Below, piece by piece: positions 53,622 to 62,548 of a DNA stretch of 64,000 nt (position 1 is the stretch's first letter; each line of letters starts with the position of its first letter). A program made the translations under genes and the position numbers. Source of the stretch: Clostridia bacterium. GTDB taxonomy: Bacteria > Bacillota > Clostridia > Oscillospirales > CAG-382. The stretch is taken from positions 3,121 through 67,120 of the forward strand of contig JAFSGD010000017.1 in NCBI GenBank assembly GCA_017434845.1, written 5' to 3'. The notes under the pieces were generated by a model that worked only from the letters and a program-made list of their open reading frames with translations, was not told the DNA's origin and did not search any database.

Positions 53622-54836
53622 ATGAAACAGATACTTTCCGCAATAATACTTTTGTCGCTCATCGTGTGCCTGTTTTGCGCCTGCTCTGAACACGAAAGCA
53701 CAAGTTCAACCCCTATTTCCGAAAGCAGCGAAGCAACCACAAGCTCCGAACAAGTTTCCGAAACCGTTTCCAACCCCATCGTCGACGATTACGATGACAG
53801 ATTCGAGCATAATGGAGTTACCTACACAAGGCTTTCGGGCAAGGTTTTTGCGGCCATCACGCAAGACGGCGTGAAAATGTGGAGCTCGGATAACGAGCTC
53901 GGAAACTTTTTCGCAAGAACTTTCAGCGGAATAGAAATAGTTTCCGAAAACCGTTTTTTAGCGCACAGCAAACAGGGCGAATCGCCGTTTTCGGTTTGGA
54001 TACTCAACGAAAAAGGAACTTCCTTAGCCACGCTTAACGATGTTTGCGATTTTGAAATTAAAAAAGATCATATTTTGATAAGCTATCCTCTTAAAGACAG
54101 TCTATTTTCGAAAAAACGCACCGCGATTTTCGATACAGAGGGCAAAGCTTGCAGCGAGCTTTATTGGGAACTGCTTTCCGAAACCGTTCCCGAGGGAAAA
54201 GATTGCGATTACCTCGGTCTGCGCGAATCGCGTATATATGAAATTAAATTAGAAAACGGAAAAGCCACCGAAAAAGAGATTACGCCTTTATCCGAAACCG
54301 TTGAAACTGTTTATGAAACCGAAGTTACGATACGCAAATACGAACCTCTTTTAACCGAAAGCGGAATGTTTTGCGGCGGTTATTGGGTTTATTTGAACGG
54401 CGAATACGATTATTACGGCTCTTCTCTGTACCGACATTATACGTCCGAGGAGCCCATTTTTACAAACGGTTTTCTTTTGCTTGAATATGATTCCGAACCC
54501 AAAGTATACTTTGCACGCTCTTTAACCAAATTGGGACGTTGGGACACAGAAATTTGCTCCACAATCTTTATATCGGTTCAGTTTAGAGAAGGAAGCGAAT
54601 ATATGATCGCCGAAGACGGCGGGCTTGCGATTGAGCCGTGGGTTATAATCGACAAAAACGGAAATGAGGTTTACCGCGAAGAATTTAAAGAAATTCCGGA
54701 TGAAAACGGCGAATATTCTATAGTTCAAATAAAATCGATCGTATTCGATACCCAATCTGACAACCCGAATGCAATTATAATAACCGACTATGACGGTGAA
54801 ATCACAAAAACCACAATTGAAAAGCTTATAAACTAA
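53622..54836 (+). CDS. Secreted/lipoprotein-like hypothetical protein (404 aa)
   Basis: Signal peptide MKQILSAIILLSLIVCLFCAC, then a Ser/Thr/Glu-rich linker. No recognised domain. AT-richer than the flanking r-protein genes. Confidence 0.7.
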   Translation: MKQILSAIILLSLIVCLFCACSEHESTSSTPISESSEATTSSEQVSETVSNPIVDDYDDRFEHNGVTYTRLSGKVFAAITQDGVKMWSSDNELGNFFARTFSGIEIVSENRFLAHSKQGESPFSVWILNEKGTSLATLNDVCDFEIKKDHILISYPLKDSLFSKKRTAIFDTEGKACSELYWELLSETVPEGKDCDYLGLRESRIYEIKLENGKATEKEITPLSETVETVYETEVTIRKYEPLLTESGMFCGGYWVYLNGEYDYYGSSLYRHYTSEEPIFTNGFLLLEYDSEPKVYFARSLTKLGRWDTEICSTIFISVQFREGSEYMIAEDGGLAIEPWVIIDKNGNEVYREEFKEIPDENGEYSIVQIKSIVFDTQSDNPNAIIITDYDGEITKTTIEKLIN

Positions 54837-54843
54837 ATCACGC

Positions 54844-54882
54844 AAAAATAAAGACGGTTCGTTTGAACCGTCTTTATTTTTT
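54844..54882. terminator. Bidirectional terminator between the lipoprotein and mgtC genes
   Basis: AAATAAAGACGGTTC-gttt-GAACCGTCTTTATTT. Confidence 0.8.
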
Positions 54883-54900
54883 GCGTTTTTAATCATCACT

Positions 54901-55590
54901 CTATTCAACGATAACGAAATAAACGCCGTTCAGAGCCGAAACCGATGATTTGACAGAATCAACGTCCTTCAGCATTGAGGTTATAACCAAAACGCCGAGG
55001 TGGCCCGCCATACCGCTTTTTGCCGAAACGAGCTCGACGTGGGAATCATCGGGGATAAGCGTTTTGATATCGTCGGTTATTCTTCCGAGAGAATGCAGAT
55101 CGTCGATTTCTATGTAGATGCAGGTAGCTTTTTTGCGTTTTCTTTCAAGCCTTGTTAAGAATGCGGCAGTGAAAACGCAGGCGAGCATTGCAATCAGCGC
55201 GCCGCTGTAAAAGCCGACGCCGACGGCAACGCCGATTATGGCTGTTGTCCACATTATTGCGGCTGTGGTTAAACCGGTTATCATCTTATCGCTTTTAACG
55301 ATTATCATACCTGCGCCGAGAAAGCCGATGCCCGAAACGACTTGAGCCGAGATTCGAAGGGGATCGCTGTCGTAGCCGAGAATCTGTGTGCAATAAACGC
55401 CGAGCAGAGACGTTAGCGCACCACCGAGGCAGACGAGAATATGGGTTCGCATTCCCGCCTGACTGCCATGACGCCCGCGTTCGAGCCCGATTATACCGCC
55501 GACAATAACGGCGAGAACTATTCGCAAGGCAACCGTAAGCAGATTGATTTCCTTTTCGAAAGCAACAATGCTGTTAAAGAATTCGGTCAT
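54901..55590 (-). CDS. mgtC: MgtC/SapB family membrane protein
   Basis: ALRIVLAVIVGGIIGLERGRHGSQAGMRTHILVCLG is the MgtC N-terminal signature. Soluble ACT-like C-terminus. Confidence 0.88.
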   Translation of the reverse strand: MTEFFNSIVAFEKEINLLTVALRIVLAVIVGGIIGLERGRHGSQAGMRTHILVCLGGALTSLLGVYCTQILGYDSDPLRISAQVVSGIGFLGAGMIIVKSDKMITGLTTAAIMWTTAIIGVAVGVGFYSGALIAMLACVFTAAFLTRLERKRKKATCIYIEIDDLHSLGRITDDIKTLIPDDSHVELVSAKSGMAGHLGVLVITSMLKDVDSVKSSVSALNGVYFVIVE

Positions 55591-55738
55591 ATTATCACCT
55601 CATTTATATTATATCATATAAGTCAGCCTTTGGCAACAGAATGTTTTTTGCAACTTGCGTTGATTAATTTGCAAGAGACGAAATAACGGTTGAAAAACAA
55701 AAATTGACGGTATATTATATTGGCAAAGGAGGATGAGC

Positions 55739-56176
55739 ATGAAACTTAACATCAAACACGATCCAAACATATCGGAGACCGAGATCACCGTTAATTACGG
55801 TTTTCTTGATGAAGAATTGGAAGAGATTCTGGCGTTTCTGAGCCTTGCCGACAACCGCATGACAGGAAGCCTGAACGGAGAAACGCATTTTGTTAGGCTT
55901 TCGGATATTCTGTATTTCGAATCGGTAGACAGGCGTTGCTTCTTTTATACCGCAAACAAAGCATTCGAAACGAAAATCAAAATGTATGAGCTTGAAGCCA
56001 AACTTGCCCACACGCCGTTTTCGCGTATTTCAAAATCGGTTATAGTCAATTTGAAAATGGTAAAATCAATAAGCAACGAAAAATACAGCAGGCTTTGCGC
56101 AACGCTTATCAATGGCGAAAAGGTAATAGTATCTCGTCAGTATCTTAATTGCGTGAGAGAAAAATTGGGGGTTTAG
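55739..56176 (+). CDS. LytTR-domain DNA-binding protein without a receiver domain
   Basis: FVRLSDILYFESVDRRCFFYTANKAFETKIKMYELEAKL...FSRISKSVIVNLKMV is a LytTR pattern. Start ATG 55739 (AGGAGG 6 nt upstream). Confidence 0.85.
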   Translation: MKLNIKHDPNISETEITVNYGFLDEELEEILAFLSLADNRMTGSLNGETHFVRLSDILYFESVDRRCFFYTANKAFETKIKMYELEAKLAHTPFSRISKSVIVNLKMVKSISNEKYSRLCATLINGEKVIVSRQYLNCVREKLGV

Positions 56177-56178
56177 AT

Positions 56179-56631
56179 ATGAAGATACAAAATGGATTTT
56201 ATCGGTTTATTATCAGCTATTTAACCGGAGTCGGCGGTTTTTCGGTTTGTTTATCGTTCTTTAAGTTCGCGCTCGGAGAAGCGTTGGCGAATGAAACATT
56301 CATAAAAGCGATAAGCTCGGCATCAATTTCGTTTATTCCGGTTGCCGCGTTTGCGGTTTTTATAATAAGAACCGGAGTTGACAGCTTTGAATTATGGGTA
56401 AGACGAATTATAAACGCGTTTTTCTCTATAACCTGCATAACGCTGTTTTTTGTAGCTTTCGGTGTTTTGGACAGCGGACTTAAGGTTGCGGTAGCTTTTT
56501 CGATAGGAATTATCGGTAATTTATCTATAATAATACCGCTTTTTATAGTGCTTGACCGCAGAGAAAAAAGAAAGCTGACGGAAATTAACAAAAAGCTTAA
56601 CGAAAATCGCGAAAACAGCGAAACTTTTTAG
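56179..56631 (+). CDS. 4-TM membrane protein (DUF3021-like), partner of the LytTR protein
   Basis: Starts 2 nt after the LytTR stop. Four hydrophobic helices and a basic C-terminal tail (DRREKRKLTEINKK). Confidence 0.75.
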   Translation: MKIQNGFYRFIISYLTGVGGFSVCLSFFKFALGEALANETFIKAISSASISFIPVAAFAVFIIRTGVDSFELWVRRIINAFFSITCITLFFVAFGVLDSGLKVAVAFSIGIIGNLSIIIPLFIVLDRREKRKLTEINKKLNENRENSETF

Positions 56632-56640
56632 AAAAATCTA

Positions 56641-56669
56641 TTGACAAACGGGTTTAAATGTGGTATTAT
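56641..56669 (+). promoter_or_regulatory. rplJL promoter
   Basis: TTGACA (56641-56646), 17 nt, TATTAT (56664-56669). Confidence 0.65.
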
Positions 56670-56671
56670 CA

Positions 56672-56810
56672 CAAGGTCGAATTTCCAAAGACAGTAGGTA
56701 TGAAAATGTAAAGGCTTTAAGCCGCCTGCCGAGGAGAGCGAAAGATATAGTAACATAACTATGCTTTTTCTATGCTCCGAAGCGGTTGCTTTCGGAGCAT
56801 TTTTATTTCT
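56672..56810 (+). promoter_or_regulatory. Ribosomal protein L10 leader with attenuator terminator
   Basis: ~140-nt 5' UTR ending in ATGCTCCGAA-gcggttgc-TTCGGAGCAT plus TTTTATTTCT (56772-56810), just before the rplJ RBS. Position and layout match Firmicute L10 leaders. Confidence 0.6.
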
Positions 56811-56835
56811 ACGGAATAAATCAGGAGGTATACAA

Positions 56836-57360
56836 TTGGCTAACGCAAACATTCTCGAGCAAAAGAAAGCGCTTGTCGCAGAGCTCGCTGAAAGAATGAA
56901 GAACGCACAGGGCGGCGTTATCGTTAACTATCAGGGTATTCCCGTTGCTGACGATACCAAGCTCAGAAGCGAGCTTCGTGCCGCAGGTGTTGAATACACG
57001 GTTGTTAAGAACACTCTTACTTCCAAGGCTTGCGATATTATCGGTTTTGAAGGTCTTAAGGATCAGCTTACCGGCATGACCGCACTTGCTACCTGCGAAA
57101 GCGATCCTATCGCTCCCGCTAAGATCCTTGCTAAATATGCTAAGGACCACGAAAACTTCGTTCTTAAAGCAGGCTTCGTTGACGGCGAACTGCTCGACGC
57201 AAACGGTGTGAAGGAACTCGCCGATACTCCTTCCAAAGAAGTCCTCATCGGCAGACTTATGGGCTCTCTCCAGTCCGGCCTCTACGGTTTCGCTTATGCT
57301 ATTCAGGCGATCATCGACAAGGCAGAGGGCGGCGAAGCTACCGAAGCTGCTGCTGAATAA
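56836..57360 (+). CDS. rplJ: 50S ribosomal protein L10
   Basis: TTG start 56836 (AGGAGG 7 nt upstream). ANANILEQKKALVAELAERMKN... is the L10 pattern. Confidence 0.93.
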   Translation: MANANILEQKKALVAELAERMKNAQGGVIVNYQGIPVADDTKLRSELRAAGVEYTVVKNTLTSKACDIIGFEGLKDQLTGMTALATCESDPIAPAKILAKYAKDHENFVLKAGFVDGELLDANGVKELADTPSKEVLIGRLMGSLQSGLYGFAYAIQAIIDKAEGGEATEAAAE

Positions 57361-57421
57361 TTTCGGCAAAAAAATCTCTTAAATTTTAAAAAAACACTAT
57401 TACACGGAGGATTATATCACA

Positions 57422-57793
57422 ATGGAAAAAATCAATCAGATTCTTGAACTTGTAGACTCTCTTTCTATTCTTGAACTCAAAGACCTCGTTAGCGCTCTTG
57501 AAGAAAAATACGGCGTTTCCGCTGCTCCCGTAGCTGTTGCAGGCGTTGCTGCAGTTGCTGCTCCCGCAGAAGAAGAAAAGACCGAATTCGACGTAGAACT
57601 CACCTCCTTTGATGAAGCTGCTAAGCTCAAGGTTATCAAGGCTGTTAAGGAAATTACCGGCCTCGGCCTCGGCGAAGCTAAGGAAATCGTTGTTGGTGCT
57701 CCCAAGATGGTTAAGACCGGCGTTTCCAAGGAAGAAGCTGAATCCCTTAAGACCCAGCTCGAAGAAGCCGGCGCAAAGATCACCATTAAATAA
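57422..57793 (+). CDS. rplL: 50S ribosomal protein L7/L12
   Basis: Ala-rich hinge and a C-terminal domain ([21 protein letters not shown]). Confidence 0.95.
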   Translation: MEKINQILELVDSLSILELKDLVSALEEKYGVSAAPVAVAGVAAVAAPAEEEKTEFDVELTSFDEAAKLKVIKAVKEITGLGLGEAKEIVVGAPKMVKTGVSKEEAESLKTQLEEAGAKITIK

Positions 57794-57805
57794 GATCTTT
57801 ACATT

Positions 57806-57839
57806 AAAAGCCGTTGTGAAAACAACGGCTTTTTGTTTT
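57806..57839 (+). terminator. rplL terminator
   Basis: AAAAGCCGTTG-tgaaaa-CAACGGCTTTT followed by TGTTTTG. Confidence 0.8.
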
Positions 57840-57852
57840 GCTTATTTTAACA

Positions 57853-57885
57853 GAAAACCACCGAATCTGTGTTCGGTGGTTTTTA
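57853..57885 (-). terminator. Terminator of the SGNH hydrolase gene (usable in both directions)
   Basis: AAAACCACCGAA-tctgtg-TTCGGTGGTTTT. Confidence 0.7.
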
Positions 57886-57889
57886 TTGA

Positions 57890-59011
57890 TTATTTTAAGC
57901 CCAGGGCTTTTTTAACAACGGGGAAAATGGTTTCTGCCATGCAGAACTGGCCGAGATCGTTGGGATGGAGATAATCGACAGCGTAAAGGTCGCGCATTTC
58001 GGGAGTGAAGAATTCGGTGCTGTCGACGAAATAAACGTTTTTATCGCCTGCGGCGAGAGCGTTTTCGTAGGTCTTTTTAACGATATCAATGCGTTTTTGA
58101 TCGAATTCGGTCTTTTCGGCATAGAAAGGATGGGTTACGAAAACAACGGGAAGCTCGGGATTGCGCTCGCGGATATGCTTGAAGAAGGGCTCGTGGGTGG
58201 ATTCAAGGTGCTCGTGCGAGGGAGCGTTATAATCATAATCCATTACGAAGCAGGCGAGATCGCGCGATGCAATATGATCGGCGACCGAAAGCTCGCCCAT
58301 TGCACTGCCCGAAAAGCCATAGTTGACGCAATCGGAATCGAGCGCACGGCAGATTATTGAGCAATAGGAGTTTGCGGGACGCGAAACGCAGCCGCCCTGA
58401 GTTATGGAAGAGCCATAGAACGCAACGGCGCCGTTGGTTCGATTTGTGGGAGCGCCCACTCTTGCGCCCTTTGGGAATCCGATCTCAAGCTTTTCAACAC
58501 CCGCATAAAGAGGAAGGTTAACGCAAACCTCCTTTACCCCATCGGGAAGCTCGAGCGTGCCTGTATTTACATCGTGATTATCGGCAAAGGTTTGCATCAT
58601 TTTACCGACATAACGGCGATCGCTGCCGGTGCCGACGTAAGCATCAACACCGTAAACGCCGCGGTCGCAGAAATGGTGCATTCCGAACGCGCCGTGGTGA
58701 ATGGTTATTCTGAGAGAAATCTCCTTTGCGTCGGTCGAAAATCTTACGGTTCCGCCCGCGGTTTGATAAGCGAGCTCGCGGTTTGCACCCGAATAGCTTT
58801 CCTGCTTATCGGGATCGAGGCGGTAGAAGATGCCCTTATTATCATTGGGATGAAGCAGACCGCCGATAACGAAAGGATCGTTTACCGCATTCAGATATGC
58901 AAAACCGTCTGCCTCGGGCTTGGATGCGCCGAGCGACAAAAGGCTTTTAAGATCTTTTTTATAAAGCTTTTCCCTCGAGCTTTTTGCTTTGCCGAAAACA
59001 AACTTTGCCAT
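57890..59011 (-). CDS. SGNH/GDSL-type hydrolase with an N-terminal beta-rich domain
   Basis: FYGSSITQGG (block I Ser) and DYLHPNDLG (block V D..H). Start at MAKFVFGK (ATG 59011). Confidence 0.8.
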   Translation of the reverse strand: MAKFVFGKAKSSREKLYKKDLKSLLSLGASKPEADGFAYLNAVNDPFVIGGLLHPNDNKGIFYRLDPDKQESYSGANRELAYQTAGGTVRFSTDAKEISLRITIHHGAFGMHHFCDRGVYGVDAYVGTGSDRRYVGKMMQTFADNHDVNTGTLELPDGVKEVCVNLPLYAGVEKLEIGFPKGARVGAPTNRTNGAVAFYGSSITQGGCVSRPANSYCSIICRALDSDCVNYGFSGSAMGELSVADHIASRDLACFVMDYDYNAPSHEHLESTHEPFFKHIRERNPELPVVFVTHPFYAEKTEFDQKRIDIVKKTYENALAAGDKNVYFVDSTEFFTPEMRDLYAVDYLHPNDLGQFCMAETIFPVVKKALGLK

Positions 59012-59124
59012 ATTTTCACATTCCTTCATTTATTTTTTGCGATTATAACACATTTCGAAAATTATTGCAATATATTAAGCGACATGTTATAATAAATAAA
59101 ATAAATTATAAGAAAGGCAATGCT

Positions 59125-60165
59125 ATGACAGATACAGTTTGGCTCGATGAAGAAAACGACCTTTTAATGTATATAGATCAAACCCGTTTGCCGCAAGAAA
59201 CCAAGATCTGCTCCTGCAAGGATATGGTTGAGCTTTTTGATATTATAAAAAGGCTTTCGATCCGCGGTGCGCCCGCAATAGGCGTTGGCGCCGCAATCGG
59301 TCTTTACGCCGCGGCTTCGCGGTTTGAAGACGAAAGCGAGGACGGCTTTTTATATTCGCTTCGCAGGAGCGCGCAATATATTAACAGCTCGCGTCCGACG
59401 GCAGTTAATCTTGCCTGGGCATTAAAGCGAATGGTCAAGCGCGCCGAAGCCGAAGCGGGCAAGGGCGTTGACGGCATAAAAGCCGCGCTCAAGCAGGAAG
59501 CGAAGGCGATTTATGAGGAAGACATTGAAACCTGCAGAAAGATAGGCGAATTCGGCGAGCCGCTGATCAAGGACGGCGCAACGGTGCTTACACACTGCAA
59601 CGCCGGCTCGCTTGCGGCTGTCAGATACGGAACAGCGCTTGCGCCTATTTACGTTGCAACCGAAAGAGGCAAAAGGGTTTCGGTTTATTCCGACGAGACA
59701 CGACCGCTTCTTCAGGGTGCAAGGCTTACCGTTTACGAGCTGGCGGAAAGCGGCATTCCGGTTACGCTTCAATGCGACAACATGGCGGCTTCGATCATGG
59801 CGACGGGAAAGATCGATGCGGTTTTCGTGGGTGCCGACAGAATAGCCAAAAACGGCGATGCGGCAAACAAGATAGGAACGCTCGGTGTTGCTATAATCGC
59901 AAAGCATTTCGGGATTCCCTTTTACGTTTGCGCACCGATTTCTACGGTTGATTTCGAATGCGAAAGCGGCAAAAAAATCGTTATCGAGCAGAGAAACGAA
60001 CGCGAGGTTACCGAGATGCATTACAAGAGCAGAATGACGCATCCGGACGCAAAGGTGTATAATCCCGCATTTGACGTTACCCCTGCCGAGCTTATTACCG
60101 CAATTATTACCGAAAAGGGCGTTTTTAAGCCCGATGAACTGCATCAGATAGAAAATAATGCTTGA
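59125..60165 (+). CDS. mtnA: S-methyl-5-thioribose-1-phosphate isomerase
   Basis: IRGAPAIGVGAA, SRPTAVNL, THCNAGSLA, GADRIAKNGD and NKIGT motifs. Confidence 0.9.
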   Translation: MTDTVWLDEENDLLMYIDQTRLPQETKICSCKDMVELFDIIKRLSIRGAPAIGVGAAIGLYAAASRFEDESEDGFLYSLRRSAQYINSSRPTAVNLAWALKRMVKRAEAEAGKGVDGIKAALKQEAKAIYEEDIETCRKIGEFGEPLIKDGATVLTHCNAGSLAAVRYGTALAPIYVATERGKRVSVYSDETRPLLQGARLTVYELAESGIPVTLQCDNMAASIMATGKIDAVFVGADRIAKNGDAANKIGTLGVAIIAKHFGIPFYVCAPISTVDFECESGKKIVIEQRNEREVTEMHYKSRMTHPDAKVYNPAFDVTPAELITAIITEKGVFKPDELHQIENNA

Positions 60166-60190
60166 CTTATTTGCCGAATATATGTATAAT
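60162..60190 (+). promoter_or_regulatory. secDF promoter
   Basis: TTGACT (60162-60167), 17 nt, TATAAT (60185-60190). Confidence 0.6.
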
Positions 60191-60234
60191 TGGAATGTTA
60201 GCAAATCAACAATTTATCCGGAGGTATTTTGCAG

Positions 60235-62466
60235 ATGAATTACTCACGCGCTGCAAGCGTATCGCGTTTTGTATTGCTGTTTCTCGCAATCGTGCTTATT
60301 TGCTCGGTTACGGTTTGCGGCGTTTACTTTAACGAAGATACCCAGCTAAAAGGAATATTTGAGGACGGCACCATTCGTTTGGGTCTTGACCTGGCGGGCG
60401 GTTCTGTTATTACTTATCAGGCTATCACCGATGACACCGGCGATGCTCTCGAAAACGGTATGGAATCTATCCAAACCATTATGAGAGACAGACTTGACAA
60501 TCAGGGTCTTACCGAAGCGCTTTGCTATATTGCGGGCGACGATATGATCACCATTGAGATCCCCGACGTTGACGATCCCAACGAAGCTATTGCAAACTTC
60601 ATGCAGACCGCAAAGCTCACCTTTAAGGATTCCGACGGCAAGGTCATTCTCGAAGGCTCTGACGTTGCAAACGCAGAAGCAGGCTATTATCAGACCGAAA
60701 GCGGAACCACCGAATATTGCGTTAACCTTGAGCTTACCGCTGCAGGTGAATCAAAGTTCGCGGAAGCAACCAAGAAGGCTGCCGCAAACAAGACCAATAT
60801 CGGTATTTATATGGACGACGTGCTTATCTCTAACCCCAGCGTTTCTTCGGAATACGCTTCTACCGGTATTACCGGCGGCAAGGCAATGATAAGCGGCTCG
60901 TTCACCTCTATCGCTGAAGCAGATTACCTTGCAGGTAACATCAATGCAGGTGCACTCAGCTATGAGCTTAAGGTTGTTGAGCAGAGAACCGTCGGCGCAA
61001 CCCTCGGTGCAAACTCGCTTTCCACCTCGCTTATCGCAGGCGCGATCGGTCTCGCACTCGTTATCGTCTTCATGTGCATCTATTATAAGGTTCCCGGCGT
61101 TATGGCTTCGATCTCGCTCGCTGCTTACATCGGAATCTTCGGTCTCGTTCTTATCTTCACCCAAGCTAACCTTACCCTCGCGGGTATTGCGGGTATCGTT
61201 CTTTCGATAGGTATGGCGGTTGACGCAAACGTTGTTATCTTCGAGAGAATGAAGGAAGAGCTTGCGCTCGGCAAGAGCGTTAAGGCCGCTATTAAGGCAG
61301 GCTACAGCAGAGCTTTCGCCGCAATTCTCGACTCGAACGTTACAACCATTATTGCTTGTGCCGTTCTTTACTTCCTCGGCTCGGGCACCATTAAGGGCTT
61401 TGCCACCACCCTCTTCATCGGTGTTGTTATCTCGCTTATAACCGCACTTCTTATTACCAGAGGCTTGCTTTACTGCTGTGTCGGTATGGGTATTACCGAT
61501 CCCGCAAAATACAAGGCATTCGGTTCGAGCAAGAAGGAAGGCAAATTCCACTTTATCAAGAACAAAAAGGTTACCCTTTCGGTTATTGCAGTTGTTGTTG
61601 TTCTTGCAATCGCTTCTTTCTCGATTTTAGGTTTCAACATTGATATCGACTTCTCCGGCGGTACCGAAATCGTTCTTGATCTCGGCACCGAGGTTACCGA
61701 TGACGTTTGCGAAGATATCGAAAGCCTTATCAAGGGCCACGAAAAGCTCGGACACGATTATTTCTCTTCTGCAGCCAAATCTACCGCAAACTCCAACACC
61801 GTTATTATTCGTACCGGCACCGCACCCTTGACACTTGAACAGCAGGAGGCTCTCGAAGCCGCTCTCGTTGAAAACTATGAGAACGCAGACCTCAAGAACA
61901 TTCAGGTAACCACCATTCAGCCCACCATCGGCTCTGATCTCACCAAGAAGGCAATTCTTGCGGTTGCTATCGCAGTTGTCCTTATGCTTATCTACATTTG
62001 GATCAGATTCGAGCTCAACTCGGGCATCGCGGCGGTTTGCTGTCTTACGCACGACCTTTTGGTCATGCTCGTTCTCTATTCGGTGCTCGGCATCGCTGTA
62101 AACACCAACATCATCGCCGCACTTCTTACAATTCTCGGTTATTCTATCAACGCAACCATCGTTGTGTTTGACAGAATCCGTGAAAACAAGAAGAAAGCAG
62201 ACGGTGTTGAATTCGGTGAGACTGTTAACTTCAGCATACACGAAACTCTCGGAAGAAGCATTAACACCACCATAACTACCCTTCTCACCATCGGCATGAT
62301 CTACATCTTCGGCGTTGATTCCATCAAAAACTTCGCACTTCCTCTTATTATCGGTATCGTTGCAGGTCTCTTCTCTTCGGTATTTATGTCCGGTATGCTT
62401 TGGAATGCGCTTAACAAGGTTATCAAGCCCAGAAGCAAGAAAGACAAAGCCGCTAAAAAGGCTTAA
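60235..62466 (+). CDS. secDF: Fused protein translocase subunit SecD/SecF
   Basis: Two 6-TM RND-like halves and a large first periplasmic loop. LGLDLAGG and VDANVVIFERMKEE / VVFDRIREN motifs. ATG 60235 preferred over TTG 60229. Confidence 0.92.
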   Translation: MNYSRAASVSRFVLLFLAIVLICSVTVCGVYFNEDTQLKGIFEDGTIRLGLDLAGGSVITYQAITDDTGDALENGMESIQTIMRDRLDNQGLTEALCYIAGDDMITIEIPDVDDPNEAIANFMQTAKLTFKDSDGKVILEGSDVANAEAGYYQTESGTTEYCVNLELTAAGESKFAEATKKAAANKTNIGIYMDDVLISNPSVSSEYASTGITGGKAMISGSFTSIAEADYLAGNINAGALSYELKVVEQRTVGATLGANSLSTSLIAGAIGLALVIVFMCIYYKVPGVMASISLAAYIGIFGLVLIFTQANLTLAGIAGIVLSIGMAVDANVVIFERMKEELALGKSVKAAIKAGYSRAFAAILDSNVTTIIACAVLYFLGSGTIKGFATTLFIGVVISLITALLITRGLLYCCVGMGITDPAKYKAFGSSKKEGKFHFIKNKKVTLSVIAVVVVLAIASFSILGFNIDIDFSGGTEIVLDLGTEVTDDVCEDIESLIKGHEKLGHDYFSSAAKSTANSNTVIIRTGTAPLTLEQQEALEAALVENYENADLKNIQVTTIQPTIGSDLTKKAILAVAIAVVLMLIYIWIRFELNSGIAAVCCLTHDLLVMLVLYSVLGIAVNTNIIAALLTILGYSINATIVVFDRIRENKKKADGVEFGETVNFSIHETLGRSINTTITTLLTIGMIYIFGVDSIKNFALPLIIGIVAGLFSSVFMSGMLWNALNKVIKPRSKKDKAAKKA

Positions 62467-62479
62467 AACAGCATAAGTT

Positions 62480-62507
62480 AAAGGGCGATGAAAACATCGC
62501 CCTTTTT
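62480..62507 (+). terminator. secDF terminator
   Basis: AAAGGGCGATG-aaaa-CATCGCCCTTT followed by TT. Confidence 0.8.
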
Positions 62508-62548
62508 CAAAAAGCAACTTCATATTCCATATAAAAGGAACACGCAAA

